Assembly (NCBI GenBank): GCA_041663145.1
Contig: JBAZRG010000001.1
Coordinates: forward strand, 74,467-138,466
DNA: 64,000 bases
Direction: 5' to 3'
From: Minisyncoccota bacterium
GTDB lineage: Bacteria; Patescibacteriota; Minisyncoccia; Phycocordibacterales; PALSA-1337
Position 1 is the first letter of the stretch; each line of letters opens with the position of its first letter. Positions 1-10,171 of this stretch are shown piece after piece. Both the position numbers and the translations under genes were made by a program. A model generated the notes under the pieces. The model saw only the letters and a program-made list of their open reading frames with translations, did no database searches and was not told where the DNA came from.

Positions 1-421
1 TATCCAGACGATCGGTCGTGCGGCTCGAAATGCCGCCGGTCGCGTGATCTTATATGCCGATAGATTGACTGGTTCTATAAAATTCGCCATAGCGGAGACA
101 GATAGACGTCGTGCCATCCAGGTTGCATACAATAGGGAGCATGGTATTACTCCAAAAACAATAATAAAAAAGATTCACGATATTACCGATCAGTTGAGGA
201 CTGATCATGATAAGGCTGTCAATGCTCTTGTGGAAATAGATAGTGTATTGGCAGAGACCAATCCTCAATTATTGATAAAACAAAAGGAACAAGCTATGGC
301 AGAGGCAGTGAAAACCCTCGATTTTGAGACGGCCGCTTTGGTTCGGGATGAGATATCGGCTTTAGAAAAGAAATTCGGTCTAATTGTTGATAAAAAGAAA
401 GCACGTTCTAAGAGGATATGA
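1..421 (+). CDS. uvrB: Excinuclease ABC subunit B, C-terminal part (5' truncated by window)
   Basis: Open frame from nt 2 reads IQTIGRAARN..GRVILYAD (helicase motif VI); C-terminal UVR domain 'LDFETAALVRDEI'. Confidence 0.95.
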   Translation, partial: IQTIGRAARNAAGRVILYADRLTGSIKFAIAETDRRRAIQVAYNREHGITPKTIIKKIHDITDQLRTDHDKAVNALVEIDSVLAETNPQLLIKQKEQAMAEAVKTLDFETAALVRDEISALEKKFGLIVDKKKARSKRI

Positions 422-1251
422 TAGAATATGACAGCGACATTATGACTGAAACAAAAAAAATAAAAAAGGAGAAAATATTGGTTATAGCAGGTGATGGAGC
501 ATTCGGAGAAAAACTGACTGATCTCTTGAAAAAGGACGGATATCAGGAAGTGTTTTTGATGAAGAATGGTTCAGAAGGATTGAAACAAATTTATGATTTA
601 TTGCCACATCTTGTGATCATGGATGTAACTTTGCCTGGGATGAGTGGTTATGAGATCTTGGCTAAAAAGCTTGCTGAACCGTTATTGGCAAAGATTCCAG
701 TTTTTCTCTTGTCGACGCAAGGTTTACCGATCGATATTCGCAGTGTTCCAGCTGGAGCGGTAACCGAATATATCATGGCTTTGCACGCCGATCCTGTAGA
801 GATAGTTACGAAAGTTAATAGACATTTTTCATACGAGTCGGTAACGTCAGGCTCTCTCGAATCGGACGCCGCAGTCGAAAGGACAGGGAAGAAAAAGTTA
901 TTATGGGTCGAGGATGATAAGCTGATCGGCAATATTTTATCAAAGAAGCTAACTGCTTCAGGATTTGAACTTTTTCATGCACAAAATGGTGAAGGAGCTT
1001 TGGAAATATTAAAAACCGTTATGCCAAATGTGATTGTCGTTGACCTCATCTTGCCGGGTATGAGCGGTTTTGAGATTCTCCAAAAGATCAATGCTGATAT
1101 GAGTTTCCAAAAAATCCCGAAGATGGTTTTATCGAATTTGTCAAAGCCGTCAGACATAGAAAAAGCTCATGCTTTGGGTGCCACAAAGTTCTTGGTCAAA
1201 GCCGCTACGTCTCTGGATCAGATAGTGGCTGAAGTCAAAGCGATGTGTTAA
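418..1251 (+). CDS. Response regulator with two tandem receiver domains and no output domain
   Basis: Two REC repeats: 'VIMDVTLPGMSGYEIL' and 'VVDLILPGMSGFEIL'. Confidence 0.85.
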   Translation: MIEYDSDIMTETKKIKKEKILVIAGDGAFGEKLTDLLKKDGYQEVFLMKNGSEGLKQIYDLLPHLVIMDVTLPGMSGYEILAKKLAEPLLAKIPVFLLSTQGLPIDIRSVPAGAVTEYIMALHADPVEIVTKVNRHFSYESVTSGSLESDAAVERTGKKKLLWVEDDKLIGNILSKKLTASGFELFHAQNGEGALEILKTVMPNVIVVDLILPGMSGFEILQKINADMSFQKIPKMVLSNLSKPSDIEKAHALGATKFLVKAATSLDQIVAEVKAMC

Positions 1252-1309
1252 AGTTATTTTGCTCTAAAATAGCGTTATTGGAGTCATGTAACATATAGGT
1301 GGAATATAA

Positions 1310-1393
1310 GCGCAGGTGGCAGAGCGGTCAATTGCAATGGACTGTAAATCCATCGCCCTATGGGCTACGAAGGTTCAAATCCTTCCCTGCGCA
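1310..1393 (+). tRNA. tRNA-Tyr(GTA)
   Basis: Acceptor GCGCAGG/CCTGCGC, anticodon arm ATGGA-CTGTAAA-TCCAT, long variable arm, T-loop TTCAAAT. Confidence 0.95.
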
Positions 1394-1598
1394 CACGAAA
1401 AAACCGAGCTTTGCTCGGTTTTTGAGTGGGAGCAGAGCGACGCGACTGCTCGCGTCGCGAGGAAGGATTTGAAGAGTCTGAGCATGCGGCGCGAAGCGAA
1501 GCGAGCACAGCGCGAAGACTGTACCGAAGCTGTAAGCTTCAAATCCTTCCCTGCGCACTACTTCGCAACTCGGCTAATCGCCGAGTTGCTTCGTAGTG
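1394..1598. repeat. Structured element downstream of tRNA-Tyr with duplicated tRNA 3' end
   Basis: TTCAAATCCTTCCCTGCGCAC at 1374-1394 repeated at 1538-1558; inverted copy GGAAGGATTTGAAG at 1461-1474; several hairpins. Confidence 0.85.
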
Positions 1599-1699
1599 GA
1601 GACCACACGAGAATATATTAGACAATCCATTTACATAAAAAAGACGCGGTTCTGATGTCCGCGTCGGTGTGTTTTTGTTGTCGTACAAAATCGTACGAA

Positions 1700-2080
1700 T
1701 TAGTTGCGATACATATCAATGTCGGCGAGTTCGTGTTCGAAATATGGATGAAGAAGTACTCCGTCTTTAGCATCGCACAACGACATCCATGAACCCACTT
1801 CTAAGTAGAGCAATTCTTGATAATATCGACGTTCTTCTTCCGTGATCGGACCCATAGGGTGATCGTCCCGCCACATTTTGATTTTGGCTCTGCTGTCTTG
1901 CCAATCGTACGTCAGTTCCTCGATTCTGGTCGATGGTTGTTTTTTACGAAGTATGAGTTTACTACGGATGGATGCGACAATGAACATGACGAGGCTAAAT
2001 ACAGAAAGCAAGATCAGTATCGTGAAAGAGAGTAAACAGCAATAAGTTATGAGGCTATTAACATCTGTCAACGTTTTCAT
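1700..2080 (-). CDS. Hypothetical membrane-anchored protein
   Basis: 126 aa ORF, N-terminal hydrophobic helix, TTGACG-17-TAGCAT promoter upstream, terminator hairpin near 1636-1666. Confidence 0.6.
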   Translation of the reverse strand: MKTLTDVNSLITYCCLLSFTILILLSVFSLVMFIVASIRSKLILRKKQPSTRIEELTYDWQDSRAKIKMWRDDHPMGPITEEERRYYQELLYLEVGSWMSLCDAKDGVLLHPYFEHELADIDMYRN

Positions 2081-2150
2081 AATCTGCTGAAATGCTACGC
2101 CCTTATGAAATACACGTCAAGATACGTGTGTGGATTGATTAGCACTTTAT

Positions 2151-3290
2151 TCAGTCGACAATAACTCTTTTCAATTCAGTCGGTATATGAACAACGATTT
2201 CATAAGGTATGGTTCCGCATAATTTGGCGATAGAATTGATCGAATTTTTGGCAGTTGGATCAGAACTGATAACTGTAACTGGTGTACCAATACTCACTTC
2301 ATTCATGTGTGATATGTCTATGGTTGTTATATTCATACTGACTCGGCCAATGATAGGGCAGGGAGTGTTCAGATCACCGACACCGATATATCCTTTATTG
2401 GAAAGTCGTCTATCGATACCTTCATAATAACCAGCGGGTATGTTTGCAATTCTCATATCTCGTGTTGCCTTGAATGTATTGTCGTATCCGACAGTTTCGT
2501 CACGTCTAAGTGTCTTTATGCCGGATATCAGAGTCTTCATCTCTAGTATGGGCTTGAGTGCCATTCCTCTCATATTTCCCAGACCATATAGACCCAATCC
2601 GAGTCTCGAACAATTGGCATCAAGATCGTGATCGATCCAATGTCCGTCCGTAGCAGATATATGGAAGTACTTTATATTTGAAAATTGAGATTTGAAATAT
2701 TCAACTGTTTTTTTCCATACATTGATTTGTGATTCGAGAGAAGTAGAATTTATATCACTGGTGTTGGAAAAATGAGACATTATTCCACAGAGTCTGATCA
2801 GGGGATTTTTGGATAATAGATCTACGGCGATACTTTCTTCTGCTGGCAATATTCCTTGTCGACGCATACCCGTATCGATTTTGAGATGAATTGAAATCAC
2901 CGAATCTGTATCTTCGATGCCACGGAGAGTTTCGACAGAACTAATTGTGAATATTATGTCGCGAAGTCTGTTTCCAAGAATTGTTTCGGGACGAGAATAA
3001 CCGATTATCAGGATTTTATCGCGTATACCAAATGATCGGAGAGCTACTGCTTCAAAAAATGAATCAACGACTATAAACGGTAGATTTTTCTCTCCTCTTA
3101 GTATATGAGCTACTTCGCGCAAACCGTGTCCATAAGCGTTACTTTTTAGTACTGGAGCAACATTATTTTGTGGTGCCAGTTTTCGGAATAGTGCGAGATT
3201 GTTCAATAGTCTGGAACGAGATATTTCGACGGTTATGAGTGGTTCATAGGGAAATCGACGTCGAGATAGCCATGTGAGGGGATTCATCAT
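2151..3290 (-). CDS. alr: Alanine racemase
   Basis: 'PVLKSNAYGHG' PLP-lysine motif, 'HLKIDTGMRRQG', 'GRVSMN', 'TIPYEI'; start moved to ATG of MMNPL. Confidence 0.95.
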   Translation of the reverse strand: MMNPLTWLSRRRFPYEPLITVEISRSRLLNNLALFRKLAPQNNVAPVLKSNAYGHGLREVAHILRGEKNLPFIVVDSFFEAVALRSFGIRDKILIIGYSRPETILGNRLRDIIFTISSVETLRGIEDTDSVISIHLKIDTGMRRQGILPAEESIAVDLLSKNPLIRLCGIMSHFSNTSDINSTSLESQINVWKKTVEYFKSQFSNIKYFHISATDGHWIDHDLDANCSRLGLGLYGLGNMRGMALKPILEMKTLISGIKTLRRDETVGYDNTFKATRDMRIANIPAGYYEGIDRRLSNKGYIGVGDLNTPCPIIGRVSMNITTIDISHMNEVSIGTPVTVISSDPTAKNSINSIAKLCGTIPYEIVVHIPTELKRVIVD

Positions 3291-3472
3291 GCTTTTATTG
3301 TACTTTTTTGAGCATGTTGACGCCACTTGACATATTATGTATATATGCTATAATAGCAAAGTACGAGGCTGTAGAGCCTCAATTTTGTTCCTTAAAACCA
3401 CATATGCTTGAGTAAAGCTTATTTCGCCTGTGGCGAGATTACATGTGTTTGAGGAAAACTGATAGGAAGAAT

Positions 3473-3724
3473 ATGAAAAATCGCAGGGTTACGTGGTATC
3501 ACTTTTGGGTCTTGTTGACAGTTGGCTTTCTGCTCATCATTGCGTCGAGACCATCGACGCCGATAATGACGCCGGAGCCGACGCCAGCTTCGCTTTCTCC
3601 CGAAGTGGGAGAAGTAAAGATGGTTGAGGAAGTTACAGTCCCTCAAGAAGGGATTGTGCCAACTTCGACAACGGAAACTCAAATTGTCAGCGTGATCTAT
3701 CACGCTGAACCGCAGATTCGGTGA
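3473..3724 (+). CDS. Small hypothetical membrane protein
   Basis: N-terminal TM helix followed by a Pro/Thr/Glu-rich tail; follows the TTGACA..TATAAT promoter at 3328-3355. Confidence 0.5.
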   Translation: MKNRRVTWYHFWVLLTVGFLLIIASRPSTPIMTPEPTPASLSPEVGEVKMVEEVTVPQEGIVPTSTTETQIVSVIYHAEPQIR

Positions 3725-3786
3725 TTCAGTATTTGGTAAAATCAAACGCAGTAAAAACAAAAACAAACAAGAAAGGTAAAGGATAG

Positions 3787-4971
3787 ATGAAAATTAGAAA
3801 TCTGTTAGCGATTATTTCAGTCATTGCAATGTCGGTCTCCGGCCCAGTTGGTTACTCTCAATCGGTGCCAAGTGGCGGCGATGATACCAATGGTGGGAAT
3901 GAGCAGACCGGAAATCAGACCGGCGGTTCCGATGACTCCAGTGGTGGCTCCAATGGTGGGAATGGTCAGGTGGAGTGCCCTCCGGGGTTCATCTGCACGG
4001 ACACGGTACCTTCTGCCGTGCCATTGGCCTCTCCAGCGACACTGAAAGCCTATGCGCTGACACTTGTCAAACCAATCTCCGTACAGGTGTACGGGATGAG
4101 CGTTTCCGGCGACAATTATCGGTCGGTAGAATATACATCCGCAGACGCCGACCCTGCCAAAATGGCAGCGTTGGCTAGATCTCAACAATTGTCTTTCAAG
4201 GCAGCGGTTGGAGATCAGTTGTGGTCATATGTGAGTTACGACAGTCGGCCGATTCCTCTTATGGAGTCTAACGGCCAGTTGGTGAATTACACCTTCAACC
4301 TGTTCTCCGGTTCGAAAGCGTTCAAGCTCGAACCACAAAAGGGTGGTTGGGGCATTCCAGAGACCGCCTATAAGGTGGAACTCGACATGTCCTACGTCCC
4401 ATTCGTGGTGCCGGGCATGCAAGATGCTGTCATCGTAACGACCGATGAAAACGGGAATCAGACCGGTTGGTATAGTTTCCGCGAATCTTACGGAAACTAT
4501 GTTGACAGGGGTGTTCTCCTTTTAACCGAGGAGATGACTGGTCACAGAGGCCAGCTCATCATCACCATGAAGAATGGTGAGAAAATATCTTATAACCTCA
4601 AGAACGAACAACGGCAAGAGTCTGTCTCATTGCAGTTTACCGAAGTTCAGGCCACGATCAAGGGAGTGCGGTCGGTGCCGGCCACGGAAAATATTATGTA
4701 TGTGGCCGGTGATGAGATCATCCGCACTTCCGCAAAGGAAGATATGTGGTCATCGATCACGTTTCCTCCCGGACTCGATCGATACCCAGTCAAAGTCGCC
4801 GTCATTGAGACGGAGACACTGGGTCTCAACTGGAGCGCAGAATGGCTGGAGTTTAACCCTTATGTGGAGCCGGTCCGGTTCCTGATAAAGGCGAGTCAAC
4901 CTATTCTCATTCGCTTCGAGTATGAGACAGATCCAGAGCCACTGAACGGTGGCGGTATCGGAAAAAGCTAG
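3787..4971 (+). CDS. Secreted/surface hypothetical protein
   Basis: Signal peptide, Gly/Asn/Ser-rich linker, 'CPPGFIC' motif, purine-rich RBS region upstream. Confidence 0.75.
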   Translation: MKIRNLLAIISVIAMSVSGPVGYSQSVPSGGDDTNGGNEQTGNQTGGSDDSSGGSNGGNGQVECPPGFICTDTVPSAVPLASPATLKAYALTLVKPISVQVYGMSVSGDNYRSVEYTSADADPAKMAALARSQQLSFKAAVGDQLWSYVSYDSRPIPLMESNGQLVNYTFNLFSGSKAFKLEPQKGGWGIPETAYKVELDMSYVPFVVPGMQDAVIVTTDENGNQTGWYSFRESYGNYVDRGVLLLTEEMTGHRGQLIITMKNGEKISYNLKNEQRQESVSLQFTEVQATIKGVRSVPATENIMYVAGDEIIRTSAKEDMWSSITFPPGLDRYPVKVAVIETETLGLNWSAEWLEFNPYVEPVRFLIKASQPILIRFEYETDPEPLNGGGIGKS

Positions 4972-4991
4972 GCTCAAGCATATAGATTCAC

Positions 4992-5030
4992 GAACCGCGG
5001 TTGCGCTAAGCATTCCGCGGTTCTTTTTAT
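4992..5030 (+). terminator. Intrinsic terminator
   Basis: GAACCGCGG...CCGCGGTTC followed by TTTTTATTT. Confidence 0.75.
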
Positions 5031-5146
5031 TTAGAATCAGATTTATATGTCAGATATAATCAATGCATATCTAGACCCACGAATCGCCCATTTGAATTTG
5101 CATTTTCATGTCAAATACGCTATATTGAGCCAACTAAATCAAAATC

Positions 5147-5305
5147 ATGGCCAAACAAACTCAACTTATACAGATCAAAAACAAATCTACCGGAGAGGTC
5201 TATTGGACGCGCAAAAACAAGAAGAAAGTCGAGCGCAAGGTAGAACTCAAGAAATACAGTGCCAAGCTCAGGAAACACGTCGTCTTCAAGGAGGCCAAAA
5301 AATAA
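5147..5305 (+). CDS. rpmG: 50S ribosomal protein L33 (not in ORF track)
   Basis: Translates MAKQTQLIQIKNKSTGEVYWTRKNKKKVERKVELKKYSAKLRKHVVFKEAKK; L33 signature without Zn cysteines. Confidence 0.93.
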   Translation: MAKQTQLIQIKNKSTGEVYWTRKNKKKVERKVELKKYSAKLRKHVVFKEAKK

Positions 5306-5437
5306 TCATTTCGTTATAGACTATTTTGTATGCGGACAAAGACATTGCGTTCTGTCCGCATTATTCGTACAATCTACTGGTGATTCTGTTAATTGATTAG
5401 CGTGTTAATCTGATCTTTGATGTGAACAAATGAGAAT

Positions 5438-5508
5438 GGGCGATTAGTTAAGTGGTATAACTGCGGTCTCCAAAACCGCTGTCGGAGGTCCGATTCCTCC
5501 ATCGCCCG
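5438..5508 (+). tRNA. tRNA-Trp(CCA)
   Basis: Acceptor GGGCGAT/ATCGCCC, anticodon arm GCGGT-CTCCAAA-ACCGC; T-loop TCCGATT. Confidence 0.92.
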
Positions 5509-5545
5509 CTGATGATCTGTACCCCATAAAGTGTATAATGCCCCC

Positions 5546-6691
5546 ATGGAACCACTTGCCTCAAAAATCAGGCCGAAGTCGCTCGGAGAATTTGTCGGTC
5601 AAGAACATTTGGTCGGTAAAGATAAACCTTTGCGTACTGCCATAGAAGGTAAGCATCTATTCTCGTTCATTCTCTGGGGACCACCGGGAACCGGCAAGAC
5701 TACATTGGCTAGAATATACGCCGAATCTCTGAATGCACGATTGTATGAACTCTCGGCTGTTTCTGCCGGTAAAGACGATATACGTTCTATTGTAAATGAT
5801 CCAATATTACTCGACCAACGTCCCAAGCTATTATTCTTGGATGAAATACACAGATTCAATAAAGCACAACAAGATTTCCTCTTACCATTCGTAGAAAATG
5901 GTCAGCTAACTCTCATCGGCGCAACTACAGAAAATCCCAGTTTCGAGGTCATTCCCGCCTTGCTATCGAGATGTAGATTGTTTGTTTTGAAAAGTCTGTC
6001 GGATGAAGATCTGAAGAAAATAATCAAGAGAACAAAAATAAAACTGGATAAATCATCTGTCGATTGGCTTGCTTCGCTTGCGAATGGTGATGCTAGGATC
6101 GCCATAACTGCTCTCGAAAACACAAAGAGACTGTATGGTGCGGTTAATAGAGAAAATCTCAAAAACACATTTGAACATGCTTTCATACGATTCGATAAAA
6201 AAGGTGAGGAGCATTTCGATACGATTTCCGCCTATATCAAGAGTATGAGAGCGGGCGATGTTGATGCGGCCATTTATTATCTGGCCAGAATGGTAGAAGG
6301 CGGTCAAGATCCAAAATTTATTGCCAGAAGAATGGTTATCTTCGCCAGTGAAGATATAGGCTTGGCACAACCGACCGCTTTGGTCGTGGCCAATGAAGTG
6401 TTTCGCGCAGTAGAAACAATCGGCCTGCCTGAAGCAGGTATCAATCTCGCTCACGGCACGGCATATCTCGCTCTAGCCAAGAAAAACAGGGAAGCATACG
6501 ATGCCTATTTCGAAGCTCTCAGTGATGTACGCAAAACAGGCAATCTGCCTATACCACTTGAGATCAGGAATGCACCGACAAAGCTCATGAAAGAATTGAA
6601 TTATGGAAAAGGGTATGAGAAGTATCCTAAAAATAAATCATATTTGCCGGATAAGATAAAGGGGAAGAGGTATTTTAAGGATAAAGAATAA
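5546..6691 (+). CDS. rarA: Replication-associated recombination protein A (MgsA/RarA AAA+)
   Basis: 'WGPPGTGKTT', 'DEIHRFNKAQQD', 'GATTENPSF', 'ASEDIGLA'. Confidence 0.95.
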   Translation: MEPLASKIRPKSLGEFVGQEHLVGKDKPLRTAIEGKHLFSFILWGPPGTGKTTLARIYAESLNARLYELSAVSAGKDDIRSIVNDPILLDQRPKLLFLDEIHRFNKAQQDFLLPFVENGQLTLIGATTENPSFEVIPALLSRCRLFVLKSLSDEDLKKIIKRTKIKLDKSSVDWLASLANGDARIAITALENTKRLYGAVNRENLKNTFEHAFIRFDKKGEEHFDTISAYIKSMRAGDVDAAIYYLARMVEGGQDPKFIARRMVIFASEDIGLAQPTALVVANEVFRAVETIGLPEAGINLAHGTAYLALAKKNREAYDAYFEALSDVRKTGNLPIPLEIRNAPTKLMKELNYGKGYEKYPKNKSYLPDKIKGKRYFKDKE

Positions 6692-6775
6692 ATTGCTCCA
6701 CATCGAGACTTAGAATATTTATCTTGAAGGAGAATAAAGTAATGCCAGCACGTCTATTACGTACTGGCATTGTGT

Positions 6776-7579
6776 TTATTTGTTTCTGTTCAGGAGATTC
6801 GTTACGACACTTATGGTCTCCCGGGCGTAGCCGTTTTGACAAAAACTGAAATGTCCGCCCCTGACCCGTATGTGTTCTTTGACTCCAAGAAGTTGGACTG
6901 TTTCCATTTGTGTATCGAATGGAACGAAGCCATCATCGCAGGTCACTATCATTGCTACGTGACAGCTGAGTGTGTTAACTTTCGGAGCCGGAATGCCGAG
7001 ACTCACTTCTCGTAATATGTGTCCCGACTCGGCCTGGATCTCAGCGTTTGACCCATCTTTCACCAAGATGGCATCGTCGGCCAATAGTCTGAATGGATGC
7101 CCGAATAATGCCCTCAAATAGTACGGCTTCACCATCCTTTTTACCAGACTCTTTGGCAACCCTACTCCTTTAGGGGGAGCCGCCGCGATCATACAGACGA
7201 ATTTCACTTTGTCCGGGCATTGTCTCGCTACTTCTAGGGCTACGAGTGAACCCAAAGAGTGTCCGACGATCGACACTTTTCCAAGTGAAGATCTGACTTC
7301 TTCGACTATTGATCTGACGAAGTCGCGAAAATGGACATCCGCCAGATTCATGGATAGATTATTGCTGTGGCCGGGGTATTCCGGATAATAAGCTCTGAAG
7401 CCGTCAAGAGGAAATCGGTTTCCCCATTGTCTCTTGTTTAGGCTGAACATTCCACCAAGGAAGAGAACTTCCTCTTTTCTAGTTACAACTCTAAACCTTT
7501 GAGGATTGAAATCCAGGTATTTCCTGGATTCCCGCAGGTTTAATGGCCGCGGGAGAAGCGGTATATTGGTTTTCATAGT
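6776..7579 (-). CDS. Alpha/beta fold hydrolase
   Basis: GHSLG nucleophile elbow, C-terminal 'GGHF'; start uncertain (7579 or 7606). Confidence 0.8.
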   Translation of the reverse strand, partial: TMKTNIPLLPRPLNLRESRKYLDFNPQRFRVVTRKEEVLFLGGMFSLNKRQWGNRFPLDGFRAYYPEYPGHSNNLSMNLADVHFRDFVRSIVEEVRSSLGKVSIVGHSLGSLVALEVARQCPDKVKFVCMIAAAPPKGVGLPKSLVKRMVKPYYLRALFGHPFRLLADDAILVKDGSNAEIQAESGHILREVSLGIPAPKVNTLSCHVAMIVTCDDGFVPFDTQMETVQLLGVKEHIRVRGGHFSFCQNGYARETISVVTNLLNRNK

Positions 7580-7666
7580 GCAAATTTTCTCTTGCGATGA
7601 TAGCATCTATAGATAACTTTGTCAAATTAGCTATTTGACAACTATGCATTGGTTGTGATACCATAT

Positions 7667-7984
7667 ATGAAGATAACCATGAAAACTCTAAGTGTATTTG
7701 CGGGAATGAGCAATTATTTTGCCATTCCCGCCAGCTTATCTCCAGAAGAAGAGAAAATCTTTATGAGAGAGGCTGAAAAAATCAACACCTTGATTGAGAA
7801 TGACATTTTCCGATCAAGAGAAGAAACATTCTCAGAGATTCTTGACGAATCAGGGGTGTCTGAGGAAGTCTTGAGGAAACTCCAGCATTTGGTCGAACTG
7901 ACCGGTCTCAGTTTCTATTATAGTCGAGACAATGGTAAGTGGCTTATCGGGATAAGCGCCCCGATTTACCAATGCTCGCAATAA
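7667..7984 (+). CDS. Hypothetical protein
   Basis: ORF between a TTGACA promoter (7635) and terminator AGTCCGTG..CACGGACT-TTTT; start uncertain. Confidence 0.55.
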   Translation: MKITMKTLSVFAGMSNYFAIPASLSPEEEKIFMREAEKINTLIENDIFRSREETFSEILDESGVSEEVLRKLQHLVELTGLSFYYSRDNGKWLIGISAPIYQCSQ

Positions 7985-8138
7985 CACGAGTCCGTGGATT
8001 TGAAAAAGATTCACGGACTTTTTGTTTATCTATTTATCATAACGCAACCATACATATCCTTTTTCTTCCGAGAATATTTTGCGAACAATATGCCAGTATA
8101 TGAGCTTGACTACATACCTACTACACTGTAGATTTTCA

Positions 8139-8654
8139 ATGGAGAAAGGACAAAAGATGTTTGATAATAACCATAAAATCCTATCAGACAATAGTTTCGT
8201 CAATATCACGGGCCTTTCGACGCAAGTTGCGACCGATGGTCCGGAAGGCTTTGTAAAAGCGTATATCAGACCGGAATCGTCCTGGATGGGTAAATGGACG
8301 ATAATCAGGGTATTTAATCGTAACTACATTGTTCTGGTCACCGATACAGGACAAATCTGGATCCGACCGAAATTTGAAAATGAAGATATTTCTGAGATAG
8401 AATATCTTCTCTGTGAGATCTGTCTGTGTGGTTACGATGAGAATATGGTCGAAAGATATTTCGATAAATTCTTTTCTGGATACCCTGGACATCCCGTCAT
8501 GAATGTTTCAGGTGTATTCGAGAGATTAGTTGATCCATACTGGTCCGAGCTCACAGTCAACACCAAAAGCAGTGCTCAGATTGAGAAAGAGGTTGCTGTT
8601 TGGCGCTACAATAACTCCGGTATGGAGCAATGGCCAAGGATTTGGATGATGTAA
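8139..8654 (+). CDS. Hypothetical protein
   Basis: ORF after a TTGACT-17-TAGATT promoter; hairpin at 8701-8725. Confidence 0.6.
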   Translation: MEKGQKMFDNNHKILSDNSFVNITGLSTQVATDGPEGFVKAYIRPESSWMGKWTIIRVFNRNYIVLVTDTGQIWIRPKFENEDISEIEYLLCEICLCGYDENMVERYFDKFFSGYPGHPVMNVSGVFERLVDPYWSELTVNTKSSAQIEKEVAVWRYNNSGMEQWPRIWMM

Positions 8655-8709
8655 ATACATTCAAATGGTGGGTGTAAATACATTTTTGATCAAACACAAA
8701 GCCCGTTCT

Positions 8710-9615
8710 TCACAAGGAGACGGGCTTAACTTTTTTCCATCTCTCAATGATTTCAAAAACTGGTTTTACATCATTTGCATCCATCCATACAATTTCTTTA
8801 TCTCTCTTGAACCAAGTCATTTGTCTCTTTGCGTACTGGCCGATCTTCACAGATAATTCCTTGATCATGCCAGCTTCGTCCAGCTCTCCTTTAAGGAGTT
8901 TTGCCAGGTATCTATATTCGAGACCCAATTCATCCATCCTTTCAAATGAAAGTCCGTTTTCATGGAGTCGGCGTGCTTCATCTATCATCCCAGATTCAAG
9001 TCGCTTTTTTAGTCTAATATAAATTCTATTTCGTAATTCAGTCGGTGGTAAGGTAAGGCCGATCTTTAGAGTATCGTATATCTTTTCACTTGGTTTTATC
9101 TCCGGCACTTTACCCAATGCTCTAGCAATGATGATGGCACGCACTATTCGTCTTTTGTTATTTCTATCAATATTTTTTGCTCGGTTAGGATCGATCGTCT
9201 CTAGAATAGTCACAAGCTCGGTCGGAGAAATTTTTTCGAGTGAAGCTTGTTCATCCTGGTCAGTTATGACTTCTGGAAAATCCATCCCATCTATAAGTGA
9301 AGAGATATAAAAACCAGTTCCACCGCAAATGATCGGTAATTTTCCTTTTGCAGAAATTTCTCGCACTACTTTCAGAGCCATATCCTTCCATTGTTTTGCA
9401 CTAAATCGCTCGGCAGGATCGACTATGTCGAGAAGATGATGTGGTACTCCTCGCATTTCTGAAGGAGTAATTTTACCCGTACCTATATCAAGACCCTTAT
9501 AGACCTGTCTTGAATCAGCGGAGATTATTTCACCATCGAATTTGAGAGCGCACTCTACTGCAAGGTCGCTTTTACCCGTGGCGGTGGGGCCGAGAATGGT
9601 GAGGACTTTGGTCAT
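8710..9615 (-). CDS. miaA: tRNA dimethylallyltransferase
   Basis: 'GPTATGKS', 'ADSRQVYKGLDIGTGK', 'GGTGFY', 'YAKRQMTWF'. Confidence 0.97.
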   Translation of the reverse strand: MTKVLTILGPTATGKSDLAVECALKFDGEIISADSRQVYKGLDIGTGKITPSEMRGVPHHLLDIVDPAERFSAKQWKDMALKVVREISAKGKLPIICGGTGFYISSLIDGMDFPEVITDQDEQASLEKISPTELVTILETIDPNRAKNIDRNNKRRIVRAIIIARALGKVPEIKPSEKIYDTLKIGLTLPPTELRNRIYIRLKKRLESGMIDEARRLHENGLSFERMDELGLEYRYLAKLLKGELDEAGMIKELSVKIGQYAKRQMTWFKRDKEIVWMDANDVKPVFEIIERWKKVKPVSL

Positions 9616-9616
9616 T

Positions 9617-10165
9617 TTAGGATTTGAACTTCATATCGTACCAATCAAGATTGTATATATCCTGTATGAGTATTCTCTCTCCTTTTGCCCATGTTTTGTT
9701 GTTTTCCATTTTGAGGAGTTTCATTGCTTTTTTAATGCTTGGCTCACTTGGACCCTCTATCTCTACAAATGCTGGCATGCCTGGATATTGATCTATATCG
9801 AACCTCCAATCATTTAATAAAAATGAAATGCGGATTTTCTCTTGGTGTGCGTATTTTTCTAAACCGATTTCCTGGAACAAATCGGATAATTGCTCTGGTG
9901 AATCGATATTAAAATTGATCTCTTTATGCTTTCGTACACCACTACGTATTTTTGATTTTGCTTTCCATGTCACCTCATGCCTTCCTTCAGAGTTAGATCT
10001 TATTCGAAGAAACCAAAGATCCTCACCTTCCTTTGTACCAATGGGTCGATACCAATCAACTGTTAATGTCGTTTCTTGAATCTTTTTGGCTTTTAATGAA
10101 ATAAGTAACCTGATTACCTGGTCCTTGTCGATATCTAATACCTTTGTTTCTATTTCTATAGCCAT
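9617..10165 (-). CDS. CYTH domain protein (class IV adenylate cyclase-like)
   Basis: N-terminal EIETK (ExExK), 'FLRIR', 'FVEIEG'. Confidence 0.85.
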   Translation of the reverse strand: MAIEIETKVLDIDKDQVIRLLISLKAKKIQETTLTVDWYRPIGTKEGEDLWFLRIRSNSEGRHEVTWKAKSKIRSGVRKHKEINFNIDSPEQLSDLFQEIGLEKYAHQEKIRISFLLNDWRFDIDQYPGMPAFVEIEGPSEPSIKKAMKLLKMENNKTWAKGERILIQDIYNLDWYDMKFKS

Positions 10166-10171
10166 AAAAAA

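Noticed and set aside
1316-1621. ORFs 1316-1621 (+) and 1358-1558 (-)
   Set aside because: Overlap tRNA-Tyr and its repeat tail; spurious
5047-5319. 90 aa ORF
   Set aside because: Wrong frame; the real gene is rpmG at 5147-5305
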